The notes under the pieces were generated by a model. The model saw nothing but the letters and a program-made list of their open reading frames with translations, was not told the origin of the DNA and did not search any database. The translations under genes were made by a program, and so were the position numbers. From contig JAXGJB010000005.1 in the NCBI GenBank assembly GCA_040770465.1, positions 38,096-102,095 of the forward strand: DNA of 64,000 nucleotides, read 5' to 3'. Of the stretch, positions 28,515 to 38,888 are shown one piece after another; position 1 is the stretch's first letter; each line of letters starts with the position of its first letter. The DNA comes from Methanothrix sp. (GTDB taxonomy: Archaea; Halobacteriota; Methanosarcinia; Methanotrichales; Methanotrichaceae).

Positions 28515-30265
28515 CCTCCCTCCTTCGGTGAGATGGCGTCGTGAGGGCAGACCTCCTCACAGAGACCGCACCCGCCGCAGAGGTGCACATTGATCCTCGG
28601 CACCTCGCCGTCGAACTCTATGGCCGGACACCCCAGTGCGAGACATTTCTTACAACCTTTGCAGATGTCGCCGTCGATCGCCCTGATGGGTCCGACGAGC
28701 CTCCTCTCCCGGAGGGGGCAAGGCGCGATGGATACGATGAGGGACGGCTCATTGGCTGCCAGCTCCTCGGCTATCGCCGCCTCCGTCTCTTCGAGGTCGT
28801 AGGGGTTGACGGTCGTCACCCGATCTATCCCGCAGGCCCTGCCGATCTCCTGGATGGAGATCGCCTTCGTCGCCTCGCCTCCTATGGTCCTTCCCGTCCC
28901 CGGATGGTCCTGGTGGCCGGTCATGGCCGTCGTCCTGTTGTCCAGGACTATGATCGTCGATCTTCCCCGGTTGTAGACGATGTCGATCAGCCCCGTGATC
29001 CCCGAATGGAAGAATGTCGAGTCGCCGACGACCCCCACCACCTTCCTTCGATCGCCGGCCTTGTCGAAGCCGTGGGCCATCGATACCCCGCCACCCATGC
29101 AGAGGATGATGTCCATCCGGTCCAGGGGCTTGAAGGCGGCAAGGCTGTAGCAGCCGATGTCCCCGGCAACGACGACGTCGTGACGTCCCAGGGCGTAAAA
29201 GACGCCCCGGTGGGGGCAGCCTGGGCAGAGGACCGGCGGCCTTGCAGGAAGCCCTTCGGCGAAGCTCATATCCAGAGCTTCAGGCTCGCGCCCCTCCATC
29301 ATCGCCCTCGATCCTCGGAGGCGGGTGACGGATAGCTCTCCGATCCCGGAGACGAACTTTCGGCCCTGGCAGTCGATCGAGAGGGACCTGACGTGCTCCT
29401 CGATGAAGTCGTCCAGCTCCTCGACGACTAGAACCTCATCGACCCCGTCGGCGAACTCCCTGATGAGCCGGTCGGGGAAGGGGTAGGAGAATCCGAGCTT
29501 CAAGACCGAGGCCTCGGGCCAGACCTCCCGGACGTACTGGTAGGCGATGGAGGCGGTGACTATCCCCAGGGACCGGTCGCGCCGCTCGATCCTGTTGGCT
29601 GCCGATCTTTCCGCCTCCTCCGCCAGGGAAACGAGCCGATCAGTCACCTTCTTCCTCATCACTCTGCCCCAGACCGGTATGGGGACGAACCGGGGCGGGT
29701 TCTTCTCGATCCCGATCACCCTATCGGCAGCCCGTCTCTCACCCAGCTCCACCAGGCTCTTTGAGTGGCTGACCCTCGTCGTCGATCGGAGGATCGCCGG
29801 CGTCTTGTACCGCTCCGAGACCTCCATGGCGAGCCCGAAGAACTCCTTCGCCTCCTGGCTGTCGGCGGGCTCGAATATGGGGATCTTGGCAAACCGGGCG
29901 TACTGGCGGGTGTCCTGCTCGTTCTGGGACGAGTGCATCCCGGGATCGTCGGCGACGCAGGCTACAAAACCGCCCTCTACGCCGAGGTAGCTTAAGGTCA
30001 TCAGGGGGTCGGCGGCGACGTTGAGGCCGACGTGCTTCATCGTCACCATCGACCGGGCTCCGGCAGAGGAGGCGGCCGCCGCCACCTCGAAGGCCACCTT
30101 CTCGTTCGGCGACCATTCGGAATATATCTGGGATTTGTACCGTGCGACGTTCTCGAGAATTTCCGTAGACGGCGTCCCGGGGTAGCCCGTCGCCACCGTC
30201 ACACCGCTCTCGTACGCCCCGCGGGCGATCGCCTCGTTGCCTGACAATAGCTCTCTCAATGCCAT
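28511..30265 (-). CDS. iorA: Indolepyruvate:ferredoxin oxidoreductase alpha subunit
   Basis: GNEAIARG, GYPGTPS, NEKVA, CPGCPH, GDIGCY, GDSTFFHSG, C-terminal 2x[4Fe-4S]. Confidence 0.95.
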   Translation of the reverse strand: MALRELLSGNEAIARGAYESGVTVATGYPGTPSTEILENVARYKSQIYSEWSPNEKVAFEVAAAASSAGARSMVTMKHVGLNVAADPLMTLSYLGVEGGFVACVADDPGMHSSQNEQDTRQYARFAKIPIFEPADSQEAKEFFGLAMEVSERYKTPAILRSTTRVSHSKSLVELGERRAADRVIGIEKNPPRFVPIPVWGRVMRKKVTDRLVSLAEEAERSAANRIERRDRSLGIVTASIAYQYVREVWPEASVLKLGFSYPFPDRLIREFADGVDEVLVVEELDDFIEEHVRSLSIDCQGRKFVSGIGELSVTRLRGSRAMMEGREPEALDMSFAEGLPARPPVLCPGCPHRGVFYALGRHDVVVAGDIGCYSLAAFKPLDRMDIILCMGGGVSMAHGFDKAGDRRKVVGVVGDSTFFHSGITGLIDIVYNRGRSTIIVLDNRTTAMTGHQDHPGTGRTIGGEATKAISIQEIGRACGIDRVTTVNPYDLEETEAAIAEELAANEPSLIVSIAPCPLRERRLVGPIRAIDGDICKGCKKCLALGCPAIEFDGEVPRINVHLCGGCGLCEEVCPHDAISPKEGG

Positions 30266-30492
30266 CCTCCCCCGTCAAAAGAACATCGATCATCCGGCCC
30301 GTCGACGATATCTCCAATAATTGACGTCATCGACAGGTCATTGAATGCGACTTTTTCTCTCTGTTGTACATCCTCGTACATCTTTGAGCACGCATCGGCG
30401 ATCGGGCTTTTCGGTTATAACCTTTCTGGTTATCGAATTCTCGTCCACCCTTCACAATAAACTATAATACTTCCTCTCTCCATTCCCTCGCG

Positions 30493-33195
30493 ATGATCGT
30501 TCAGATCCTCGACGCCAACTACGTCTACGACGGCGAGGGGTTCCCCGTCGTCCAGCTCTTCGGGACCACCCCTGACGGGAGGCCGAAGACCGTTGCCGCG
30601 TCGGGATTTCGACCCTACTTCTACGCCCGGGCGGACGAGTCGAGGCTGGCAGAGGCGACCGAGGGCATCAGGGCGATGGGGCTTGATGCCGAGGTGGTGG
30701 AGAGGTTTCGGCCCGTCGGCTACCAGAACCGTCCCCTGAAGATGCTGAAGGTCATCGCCAAAGACCCCAAGTCCGTCAGGGAGTTCAGGGAGTCGGTCCT
30801 CAGAGTTCCCGGCGTCCGGGAGGTCTATGAGACCGACGTCCTCTTCAAGAACCGGTTTCTCATCGACATGGACCTCGGCGGGATGAGGTGGGCGGCGGCC
30901 GAGGACGCCGACGCCGGCGGCCCCGTCCCTTACCAGTCCCTTAGGCCCGCCGGCGGAGAGGGGGAGAAGGCGAGGGCGAACGCACCCCTCCGACACCTGG
31001 CCTTCGACATCGAGTGTCTGCCCCTCCACGGCGCGATGCCAAACCCCGAGACTTCGCCGGTTATCATGGTCAGCCTCGCCTTCAGCCCGCCTTACAACGG
31101 CAGAGAAGACCTGGTCCTGGTGGGCCGAGAGGTCGACTGCCCGAGGGAGGACGTTCTCTGCTCCCGAGGCGAGAGGGAGATGCTGGCCAAGTTCGTCGAG
31201 ATCCTCAAGGACTACGATCCCGACGTCGTCGCAGGCTACAACTCAAACGAGTTCGACTTTCCATATCTCGACGAGAGGATGAAGAGGCTGAACCTCGGCG
31301 CCAGGGTGGGGCGGGATGGCAGCCCCTGGCGGGTGAGAAAGATCGTCAACCAGACGAGGGTGGAGATCACTGGACGGATCGTCGTCGACCTCCTCCCCCT
31401 GGTCAGATCGTCGTTCAGCCTCAAGCGTTACACCCTCAGGAACGCGAGCCTCGAGCTTCTTGGAGTCGAGAAGCACGACGTCGAGCCAAAGGAGATGGAG
31501 GCTCTCTGGACCGCCAGCGGCGAGGATTTCGCAAGGCTTGTCAGCTACTCCCGGCGCGACTCGTTTCTCGCCCTCCACCTCCTCTTAGACCTGAAGCTTC
31601 TGGACAAGTACATCGCCCTCGCCCAGACCAGCGGCTCTCTCCTCCAGGACGTCGTCGACGGCGGCCAGACCGGGATGGTCGAAAACTTCCTCTTTCGCAA
31701 GTTCCAGGACAGAAGGAGGGTCATACCACCGAAGCCCGATGCCGACCTCTCTTCGACGAGGGCTGCCCAGAGCTTCGAGCTGAAGGGGGGCGCGGTCCTG
31801 GATCCGAAGAAGGGGCTAGTCGAGGACGTGGTGATCCTCGACTACCGGTCCCTCTACCCATCGATAATGATGGCCCACAACCTCTGCTACTCGACGGTCG
31901 TCACCGACGACCGCCCGCCCTCCGAGGCTACGGTGAGGTCGCCCTCGGGTGGAGAGTTCGTCGAGAGTTCCGTCTCGCCCGGGATCGTCCCCGGCGTCCT
32001 CTCCGACCTTCTCGCCAAGAGGACCGATATCAAGCGCCGGATGAAGACCGCCGACGACGAGGAGCGGACCCTCCTTGACGCCCAGCAGTACGCCCTAAAG
32101 ATCCTTCTCAACTCCTTCTACGGCTATTCGGGCTACGCCCGGGCGAGGCTTTACAGCCTCCCTCTCGCCAACGCCGTCACCAGCTTCGGCAGGTCCAACA
32201 TCCTGAACACGAAGGAGATGGTGGAGGAGATCGGATCGATCTACGTCAAGGACGAAAAAGCCCTCCTCCCGGCCGAGATGGCGGAGGTTGCAGGCGACAC
32301 CTTCCCCGCCGCTGGAGCTGAAAAAGTCAAGAGGTTCGATCTCTCCGTCGTCTACGGCGACACCGACAGCGTCTTCATAAGGCTGAAGCCCCACGGCGAG
32401 CGGGGGGCGAAACCCACCCTCCAGGAGGCGGAGCTTGTCGGAGGTAAGATCGCAGAGACGGTCACCTCTCGCCTCCCGCCTCCGATGGAGCTGGTCTTCG
32501 AGGCCTTCGCCCGCCGGGGGCTATTCCTCGTCAAGAAGAGGTACGCCCTCTGGGTCTTCGAGAAGGTGGGGATGGAGTGGCGGGACAAAATAAAGGTCCG
32601 GGGGATGGAGACGGTGAGGCGAGACTGGTGCGAGCTGACCAGCAAGACCCTCAACCGGTGCCTGGAGCTGGTCCTCCAGGAGGGAAAAGTCGACGAGGCG
32701 GTGGATCTGGCAAGGTCGGTGATCGAGCGGCTGATGAGGCTCGACCTCCAGAAGGACCCCGAGATCCTCGACGACCTGATCCTGACGAGAAGGTACACCA
32801 AGAGCGCCTCGTCCTACAAGAACAAGCAGCCGCACGTACAACTGACCGAGAAGATGAGGGCGAGGGGCGGCGCCGTCCCCCAGGTGGGCGACCGGGTCCC
32901 CTTCGTCATCATCCGGGGGAAGGGGCTCTTCGTCGATCGGGCCGAGGACCCCGCGTACGCCCTCGAAAACGATCTGAAGATCGATACCGACTATTACATC
33001 GAAAAGCAGATCCTCCCACCGCTCCTTCGTCTCCTCTCGCCCTTCGGCGTATCAAGAGAGCAGCTGGTCTGCTGCCCCGAGCAGCAGAGGCTCTTCGACC
33101 TGGAGCCAACCAGGGCGAGGGTTGCCAAACGGCCCTCGCCATCGGCCGGGGCCGCCGGCGAGGGCTCGGAGCAGAAGTCCCTCTTCGACTTCTGA
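30493..33195 (+). CDS. polB: Family B DNA polymerase, no intein
   Basis: FDIE, GYN..EFD, DYRSLYPSIM, K...NSFYGY, YGDTDS, C-terminal PIP-like QKSLFDF. Confidence 0.97.
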   Translation: MIVQILDANYVYDGEGFPVVQLFGTTPDGRPKTVAASGFRPYFYARADESRLAEATEGIRAMGLDAEVVERFRPVGYQNRPLKMLKVIAKDPKSVREFRESVLRVPGVREVYETDVLFKNRFLIDMDLGGMRWAAAEDADAGGPVPYQSLRPAGGEGEKARANAPLRHLAFDIECLPLHGAMPNPETSPVIMVSLAFSPPYNGREDLVLVGREVDCPREDVLCSRGEREMLAKFVEILKDYDPDVVAGYNSNEFDFPYLDERMKRLNLGARVGRDGSPWRVRKIVNQTRVEITGRIVVDLLPLVRSSFSLKRYTLRNASLELLGVEKHDVEPKEMEALWTASGEDFARLVSYSRRDSFLALHLLLDLKLLDKYIALAQTSGSLLQDVVDGGQTGMVENFLFRKFQDRRRVIPPKPDADLSSTRAAQSFELKGGAVLDPKKGLVEDVVILDYRSLYPSIMMAHNLCYSTVVTDDRPPSEATVRSPSGGEFVESSVSPGIVPGVLSDLLAKRTDIKRRMKTADDEERTLLDAQQYALKILLNSFYGYSGYARARLYSLPLANAVTSFGRSNILNTKEMVEEIGSIYVKDEKALLPAEMAEVAGDTFPAAGAEKVKRFDLSVVYGDTDSVFIRLKPHGERGAKPTLQEAELVGGKIAETVTSRLPPPMELVFEAFARRGLFLVKKRYALWVFEKVGMEWRDKIKVRGMETVRRDWCELTSKTLNRCLELVLQEGKVDEAVDLARSVIERLMRLDLQKDPEILDDLILTRRYTKSASSYKNKQPHVQLTEKMRARGGAVPQVGDRVPFVIIRGKGLFVDRAEDPAYALENDLKIDTDYYIEKQILPPLLRLLSPFGVSREQLVCCPEQQRLFDLEPTRARVAKRPSPSAGAAGEGSEQKSLFDF

Positions 33196-33305
33196 CATCT
33201 CGCTCGTTCATCTCGCTCTGGAACCGATCTTCTATAACCGCACTTCAAAGGCTGCGCCCATCGCGCCCAGGTCTGGAGGTCAGGAGTCTTCCGCGAGTAT
33301 TATCC

Positions 33306-34346
33306 TCACCCAAAGACTCCTGGGTACCCTGCCACCGTCGCTCTGAGGAGGACGTCGATGATCAGGGCCGCGAAGAGGACCGCCCTGTAGTTTGCGCCCT
33401 GGTAGAAGATCCCCTCTCCCCTCTCTGCCGTGGGATTTTTGATGAAGTCGACGGTCTGGATGATCATCCACATCCCCGCCGCGAGAGCCGCGGCGAAGTA
33501 GATCGGCCCAAGGCCCGTGACCGCTCCGAGGGCGAGGGATAGGGCGACCCCAATGACCCAGGCGGCGGCGACGAGCTTTGCAGTCCTGGGGATGCCGAAG
33601 GTGACGGGGAAGGTCGGAATCCCCTCCCGCCGGTCGCCCTCGACGTCCCGGGAGGCGTCGCAGTTGGTGAACCCCCAGTCGGTGATGCAGATCATGGCGC
33701 CGAGGACGAGGGCTCCAGGGTGAAGGCCGGGCCCTGCTTTCAAGAAGCCCGCTGGTGCCATGGCGAGCCAGACCCCCACGGGGACGATCCCGTAGGCGAG
33801 GCCGACGAAGGCCCAGGAGAAGGGGGTCGTCCTCTTCGCCGCCTTCGAGTAGACGGCCATGAGAAGGGTCGCCGCGATCAGGGCGACGAGGCTCTCGGGG
33901 TTGAGGTAGAGGGCGACCGCGGCAGCCAGCCCGAAGAGAAGAGCCGAGTAGGCGAGGGCCGACGATCTCGCCACCGCTGACGACGGGAGGGGCCGGTTCG
34001 GCATCCCCACGGCGTCGACGTCCACGTCGCAGCAGTCGTTGTAGACGTAAGAGCTGGTGATGGCGAAGTACGCCCCCAGGGTTGCGATGACAAATGGAAA
34101 CGCGGACGGAAGCCCCCCAGCCGTGGCGTATGCTGCAAGGAGCGCCGTCGCCCCGGGGAGGGCGATGTCCATCGGCGCCAGGGGTGGGCGGAGAAGCTCC
34201 CAGTAGGCCGCGAGCCCGCCGCCGCGGCCAAAGCTGACGCCTCTCTCAGATTTGCCGCGTCTCGCGTCGTCCTCGCCTCCGGCACCTCTCCCGCCTTCGG
34301 CGCTTCTCTTGCCTTTTGCACCCTTCGAGTCCGAGGAGCCGTTCAC
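33306..34346 (-). CDS. UbiA-family prenyltransferase
   Basis: NDCCDVDVD...NRPLPS and DASRDVEGD Asp-rich motifs; multiple TM helices; charged N-terminal extension. Confidence 0.88.
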   Translation of the reverse strand: MNGSSDSKGAKGKRSAEGGRGAGGEDDARRGKSERGVSFGRGGGLAAYWELLRPPLAPMDIALPGATALLAAYATAGGLPSAFPFVIATLGAYFAITSSYVYNDCCDVDVDAVGMPNRPLPSSAVARSSALAYSALLFGLAAAVALYLNPESLVALIAATLLMAVYSKAAKRTTPFSWAFVGLAYGIVPVGVWLAMAPAGFLKAGPGLHPGALVLGAMICITDWGFTNCDASRDVEGDRREGIPTFPVTFGIPRTAKLVAAAWVIGVALSLALGAVTGLGPIYFAAALAAGMWMIIQTVDFIKNPTAERGEGIFYQGANYRAVLFAALIIDVLLRATVAGYPGVFG

Positions 34347-34359
34347 GCCCTCTCACCCC

Positions 34360-35076
34360 TCAGTCCAGAAACCCCTCGAAGACGTCCGAATAATCCTGGG
34401 GGCGGACGAGCCAGTCGAGCTTCCCCGCCTCCCTTCCGATGGCGTAGATCTCCCTGTTCTTGGAAATGCCGAGGGCCTTCGCCTTAGGGACCTCGATCTC
34501 CCGCAGGGGGGCGGCGTCCTCGCATCTCGGGTTCTCTATCCAACCATCGTCTATCAGGAAATAGGCTCCGCCCCCCCGCTCTCGTATCGGCTCGTAGATC
34601 GACGAGAAGCTCCTGGCGACGAAGTTTGCCATCTTCAGCCTCTTGTTCGACTCGTTGATGGTGATGTGGCCGTAGCCTGGAGGGACCACCACCTTGTCGC
34701 CGCCCATCGCCCTCACCACCACCACGTCGCTGAGATCCTCCCTCTGGAGGAGGTAGGTCGCCTCCCCCTCCAGGACCTCGTAGACCTCGGGGTAGGTGGC
34801 GGTCTCGCCGGGGACGAGGGGGTGGTAGTGGCCGGCGGTCTTGACGTACTCGCGCCCCAGCATCAGCGGCGGGATGATGGTGATGTCGTACCTGATCCCC
34901 TGCTCAAGGAATAGGTCGCCGTCTCTCCTGCTGAGGAAGAGGTCCCTGTACATGTAGTAGAGCTCCAGGTTCTCGGCTCCTCTCGCCCACTCTTTGTCGT
35001 AGAGGACGTCGTCCATGTCGTGGAGCATCCTCACGTCAGGCTCCTTCGTCTTCCCACCGAATTCGAGTTCGTTCAA
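34360..35076 (-). CDS. Cupin-type glucose-6-phosphate isomerase family protein
   Basis: RYDITIIPP...E..KT.GHYH...YPEVYEVL.G, VPPGYGH.TIN. Confidence 0.88.
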   Translation of the reverse strand: MNELEFGGKTKEPDVRMLHDMDDVLYDKEWARGAENLELYYMYRDLFLSRRDGDLFLEQGIRYDITIIPPLMLGREYVKTAGHYHPLVPGETATYPEVYEVLEGEATYLLQREDLSDVVVVRAMGGDKVVVPPGYGHITINESNKRLKMANFVARSFSSIYEPIRERGGGAYFLIDDGWIENPRCEDAAPLREIEVPKAKALGISKNREIYAIGREAGKLDWLVRPQDYSDVFEGFLD

Positions 35077-35139
35077 GTCTCAACACCCGGGGATGGATTG
35101 AACGGCAAATTTATAACGTTTTTCCGAGAAGTAGACATC

Positions 35140-35628
35140 ATGGAAAATGATGAGAAGCCCGCCACTTTCTGCAGGGACATGAGAAAGTTCATCATGACCT
35201 TCGTATCCACCACCGCCGAGGCGATCCAGGCGACCCAGGGGACCGGCGGCCTGATGATCATGTCCGTCGCCATCGGGACCAAGCTCTGGGACGAGATGGA
35301 GCAGTTCAAAGAGTGCAGCATGCCGAGCTTGGAGACGAGGGCTGATCAGATCAGCTGCTTCATGGAGACCCTCAGAGACTCGGGGGCTATCGGAGCAAGC
35401 ACCTTCGAGGAGAAAGACGGCCGTCTCGTCGTCCGGATCAGAGGCTGCTTCTTTGCTCCCGCCAGCGATCGCCAGATCGGGGCGGGGCTGGGCCACCCCC
35501 TATGCCCCATCGGAGGCCTGATCGTGGCAGGCCTCCACAAGACCGCCGCCATCCTCGCCGCCCTGGAGGTGGTGGAGCACGATCCCAAAGCCGAGGTATC
35601 GACCCTCACCTTCAGGCTATACTCCTGA
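35140..35628 (+). CDS. V4R / methanogen output domain-like small protein
   Basis: V.IRGC.F...PLCPIGG pattern with conserved Cys; ATG at 35140 after TTTATAA. Confidence 0.55.
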   Translation: MENDEKPATFCRDMRKFIMTFVSTTAEAIQATQGTGGLMIMSVAIGTKLWDEMEQFKECSMPSLETRADQISCFMETLRDSGAIGASTFEEKDGRLVVRIRGCFFAPASDRQIGAGLGHPLCPIGGLIVAGLHKTAAILAALEVVEHDPKAEVSTLTFRLYS

Positions 35629-35687
35629 CGCGAGGGATGGCGAGAAGATCGATGTCGGGCCGCTCAACCGCCGGAATCGGGGACTGA

Positions 35688-36542
35688 TCAGAGCTTCGTT
35701 CTGATCCGGTCCCAGACCTCCCTTATGGCGTCGCCGACGGGGCCTCCGGCCTCGACGAGGGTCTTTCCCGAGATCATCGCCCCCACCACACCGGGGTCGA
35801 AGGGGAGCTTTCCGGCGATCTCGACGCCCATATCGCGGCACAATCCCTCGATCTTCCCGGTCATCTCAAGGTTGAGGTCGTACTTGTTGATCGAGACCAT
35901 CGCCTCCACCCCGAAGTGCCGGGTGACTTCGAGGATCCTCTCCAGGTCGTGGACCCCGGAGATGGAGGGCTCCGTCATCACCAGGGCGATGTCGGTCCCG
36001 GTGATGGAGGCGATGACGGGGCAGCCTATCCCCGGAGACCCGTCGATGATGATCAGATCCTTCTTCTCCTTCTCGGCGACCCTTGCCGATATCTCCCTCA
36101 CCATCGTCACCAGCTTTCCGCTCGCCTCCTCTCCGGGAAAGAGGTCGGCGTGGACCATCGGCCCAAACCGGGTCTCGGAGACGTAGGCGTGCCCCGATAT
36201 TCTGTCGACCATGGAGACCGCCTCCGAGGGGCAGACGATGGTGCATACTTTGCATCCCTCACAGCTAGCGGGGTCCACGACGAAGTCTGATATCGCGTCG
36301 AACCTGCAGGCCTTCTCGCACTCGCCGCACTCGGTGCACTTGTCGGGATCGATCAGGGCGGTCTTTAGCCCCAGGAAGTCGAAGGTCTCCAGGACCCGGG
36401 GCTTGAGGATCAGGTGGAGGTCGGGGGCGTCGACGTCGCAGTCCGCCAGCACCGCTGCCCCTTCGGCGAGGGTGGCAAGGGAAGCTGTCATCGTCGTCTT
36501 GCCTGTTCCGCCCTTCCCGCTGATGACCACGATCTGCTTCAT
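35688..36542 (-). CDS. MinD/ParA-type P-loop ATPase with inserted 4Fe-4S ferredoxin domain
   Basis: SGKGGTGKT, DCDVDAPDL, CTECGEC...C, CEGCKVC...C, DGSPGIGCP. Confidence 0.9.
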   Translation of the reverse strand: MKQIVVISGKGGTGKTTMTASLATLAEGAAVLADCDVDAPDLHLILKPRVLETFDFLGLKTALIDPDKCTECGECEKACRFDAISDFVVDPASCEGCKVCTIVCPSEAVSMVDRISGHAYVSETRFGPMVHADLFPGEEASGKLVTMVREISARVAEKEKKDLIIIDGSPGIGCPVIASITGTDIALVMTEPSISGVHDLERILEVTRHFGVEAMVSINKYDLNLEMTGKIEGLCRDMGVEIAGKLPFDPGVVGAMISGKTLVEAGGPVGDAIREVWDRIRTKL

Positions 36543-37372
36543 TCTGCCGCCTCCTCGATCTTTCCCAGCAGCTCGACGAACTCGTCTCTCCACTCTGCCA
36601 TAGCCTCGGAGAAGAGGACTCCGCGGGAGTAGAGCTCCGCGATCTCCCTATTCATTGGGATCTCCAGGAGGATGGGGATCTCTTCTCTTTTGCAGTAGTC
36701 GTAGACTCCTCGATCGCCGACGCCGCTCCGGTTCACCACCACGCCGCATGGGATCTCCATCCCTCTCACCACCTGGACGGCGATGGAGAGGTCGTAGAGG
36801 CCGAAGGGGGTGGGCTCGGTCACCAGTAGACAGAAGTCGCTCCCCCGGACCGCCTCGATGACGGGGCACGCGGTTCCCGGAGGCGAGTCGATGAGGACCA
36901 GGTCGCCTTTCGCCTCGGCCTTGACGGACCTTATGAGTGGAGTCGCCATCGGCTCGCCAACGGAGAGCTCCCCCCAGAGAAGCCCGACATCCCCGGACCT
37001 CGCCCTGCAGATCTTGCCTATCGCCCTCGTCCCCTCGGATATCGCCCCTTCGGGACAGACGAGGGCGCACCCGCCGCAGCCGTGGCAGAGCTCCTTGAAG
37101 AGGAGGACCTGCTTTGGAAAGACGGCGAGGGCGTTGTAGGCGCAGAACTCCGAGCATCGGCCGCACCTTTTGCACTTTTCATCGTCTATGACTGGGATCA
37201 TCACGTCGCAGTCGGTGCAGGTCTCATCCTCCCGGCGGGGGAAGAAGAGGTACGAGTTTGGCTCCTCCACGTCGCAGTCCACCAGCACAACCCCGCCGAC
37301 GGAGGCTGCCAAGTTGGTCGTCACCAGTGTCTTTCCGGTTCCTCCCTTCCCGCTGGCTACGGATATCATCAT
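36539..37372 (-). CDS. MinD/ParA-type P-loop ATPase with inserted 4Fe-4S ferredoxin domain (paralogue)
   Basis: SGKGGTGKT, DCDVEEPN, CKRCGRC, CHGCGGC, DSPPGTACP, TEPTPFG. Confidence 0.9.
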   Translation of the reverse strand: MMISVASGKGGTGKTLVTTNLAASVGGVVLVDCDVEEPNSYLFFPRREDETCTDCDVMIPVIDDEKCKRCGRCSEFCAYNALAVFPKQVLLFKELCHGCGGCALVCPEGAISEGTRAIGKICRARSGDVGLLWGELSVGEPMATPLIRSVKAEAKGDLVLIDSPPGTACPVIEAVRGSDFCLLVTEPTPFGLYDLSIAVQVVRGMEIPCGVVVNRSGVGDRGVYDYCKREEIPILLEIPMNREIAELYSRGVLFSEAMAEWRDEFVELLGKIEEAAE

Positions 37373-37681
37373 CTTTCAAAACCTCGCTATCTCTATCATC
37401 CATCCCTTTCCGGTCGTCTCCGACGGAGGGTGCTGGTCATCTCCGATCCCCGGAAGTTCCAGGGTGAGGCCCGGGCCGAGAACTCATTTCTGGTGATCGA
37501 CGGGACCGTCCGTCGTTGTGATGGCAAAAGGGCTCATAGATCCTCATCACCCAAGTTCGAAGGCCGAGCTAAAAGTGCCATTTGAGACGATATACTTTAA
37601 AGCTTCTCTTTCGAGACGAAGCCTCAGCTGATGCACCATTCGCGACGGTCTGATCAGCTGGGTTGCGTCAGCCAAAAAGGG

Positions 37682-38134
37682 CTAACATGAGACGTACTGG
37701 CCGCCTATGTTGAAGGATACGGTCATGATCTTCATCCAGTCCCTGAAGATATCCACCCTCCAGTTCCCCTGCATCTCCGCGGGGGGGCATCCTTTGATCT
37801 GGATGGCGCTCCATACTTTGCCCTCCCAGTCGCCGCTCGCGAAGTCCTTCGGCGGGACCACCGCGAAGGTTCGGGCGTAGAGCCGGCCGTTCGGGCCGTA
37901 CCATCTCCACTCCATCTCGTGAGGTTCGAGGTCTCTTGCGAACCTCACCCAGGATACTGCCTGATCGTCTGCAGGCGAGAAGGAGTAGGTCCTGTAGACC
38001 GGGTCCCAGTTGGCGTTCACGGTTTTTGCCATGGTGTAATCGCTGAGAGGAACGAAGGGAAACCATATCGCCCCGCCCAGAGACGCGGTCGATAAGACCG
38101 CAAAAAAGGCAAGCATAGCCTTGATTTTCTTCAT
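37682..38134 (-). CDS. Secreted hypothetical protein, Trp-rich beta-sandwich-like
   Basis: Signal peptide; EWRWYGPNG.LY and GNWRVDIF patterns. Confidence 0.6.
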   Translation of the reverse strand: MKKIKAMLAFFAVLSTASLGGAIWFPFVPLSDYTMAKTVNANWDPVYRTYSFSPADDQAVSWVRFARDLEPHEMEWRWYGPNGRLYARTFAVVPPKDFASGDWEGKVWSAIQIKGCPPAEMQGNWRVDIFRDWMKIMTVSFNIGGQYVSC

Positions 38135-38255
38135 CTCGAATTTACCCCCTACATTGCCATGATCTATGTTATAATCTCTTGATCATGGATATAATAAATA
38201 ACTTTAGTAGCGTAGGAACCCCGAAGCCCCTGAATTCCGGCGTGCGGCCTGAAAA

Positions 38256-38888
38256 TCAGAGGACCACGGCCTTTATCCCCCTCCTATTCGCGACCTCTGC
38301 CGGTATGTCGACGGCCTCGCTCGCGGCATCGATGATGGCGCCGTCTGCGGTTGCGACCGGAGAGGCCGCGAGCTTGAGCCTCCGGTCCGCGTCCTTCGCG
38401 GTCTTCGCGGAACCGGGAAGGTCGAGGTCTGCCATCATCTCCCTGATCTGTGCCGCAAGCTCCCCGCTTCTGCTGATCTGCTGGTCGAGGACAAACTCGG
38501 CGCGGCTGACGCCGCTCTCTTTGAGGATCGTGATGATCTCCACCAGGGCGAGGACAGTCTCGTCGGAGGGTCGAAACCTTCTGAAGACGCCTCTTGTATC
38601 CCTCAAAAATCCGTCGTCGCAGAGGTAGACGGGAATGCCGGAGAGGAGGCTCTCGGCGGTGATGAGGACGTTGTAGCCGTCGACGGCGACGGTCCGGCCA
38701 GATAGCTCCCTCACGGAGATCCGTTTGCCCTTTCGCGACGCCGCCACGGTCGAGGGGACGGCCACCCTCGCGAGGACGAACCTATCCTCCCTGGGAAGAC
38801 GGTGGTGGTCGGATACGAACCTGATGGCTGGTCCCGACGGGTAGCCCCGATCCAGGAGGTATCGAACCTCCGCCGCCGCCCGGCTCAG
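38256..38888 (-). CDS. DUF434 domain protein
   Basis: RYLLDRGYP, VDGYNVLIT, DDGFLRD.RG, LD..IS.SGEL, VATAD..I; start uncertain (CTG at 38888 or ATC at 38912). Confidence 0.82.
   Translation of the reverse strand: MSRAAAEVRYLLDRGYPSGPAIRFVSDHHRLPREDRFVLARVAVPSTVAASRKGKRISVRELSGRTVAVDGYNVLITAESLLSGIPVYLCDDGFLRDTRGVFRRFRPSDETVLALVEIITILKESGVSRAEFVLDQQISRSGELAAQIREMMADLDLPGSAKTAKDADRRLKLAASPVATADGAIIDAASEAVDIPAEVANRRGIKAVVL

Noticed and set aside
32200-32400. Extra segments around YGDTDS in PolB, considered as an intein
   Set aside because: Only a few dozen residues, with no Cys/Ser start or His-Asn end
37373-37600. Long leader before the MinD-like pair with a GTGATGA C-box-like motif
   Set aside because: No matching CTGA D box or recognisable riboswitch consensus
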